Source: Chiloscyllium plagiosum (lineage: Eukaryota). From it: a stretch of DNA of 64,000 nucleotides. Numbering within the stretch: position 1 is the stretch's first letter; each line of letters opens with the position of its first letter. The position numbers were made by a program, and so were the translations under genes. Positions 63,951 to 64,000 of the stretch are shown here, in pieces. The notes below the pieces were generated by a model, which saw only the letters and a list, made by a program, of their open reading frames with translations, made no database searches and was not told the DNA's origin. Location: contig NC_057751.1 of the NCBI RefSeq assembly GCF_004010195.1, positions 9,995,457 through 10,059,456 on the forward strand. The letters run 5' to 3'.

Positions 63951-64000
63951 GGTCTTCTTCTTGCTCCCATAGTTTCAGTGTTCTTCCTTATCCAGCAAGT

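Overview
Vertebrate, repeat-rich genomic DNA. HE1/V-type SINEs and abundant CR1-type LINEs point to a cartilaginous fish (shark; inference). The one recognisable host gene is on the minus strand: the 5' half of an AEBP1/ACLP-like (CPXM-family) secreted protein. Six confident coding exons, read from splice sites and frame, are 46974-47226 (signal peptide), 41305-41736 (Lys/Pro repeats), 28608-28715, 18135-18215, 11645-11719 (acidic, Tyr-rich) and 3740-3849 (start of the discoidin F5/8C domain). They splice in frame, and the gene continues off the left edge. The rest is mostly nested, decayed transposons: a near-full-length L1-clade LINE with TSD, many CR1 pieces, a Rex1/Babar LINE, Penelope-like elements, HE1 SINEs, Tigger-like MITEs and possible solo LTRs. 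There is a 585-N assembly gap. The most notable observations are (i) several Penelope-associated minimal hammerhead-ribozyme motifs, including ~130-nt units inserted with their own TSDs, (ii) a composite tRNA-head + HE1 SINE inside one TSD, (iii) a non-coding retroposon with a YY1-like head and a Rex-type tail, and (iv) a divergent AEBP1-like protein. I found no evidence for a wholly new biological system. No database searches were run; repeat boundaries are approximate unless a TSD is given.
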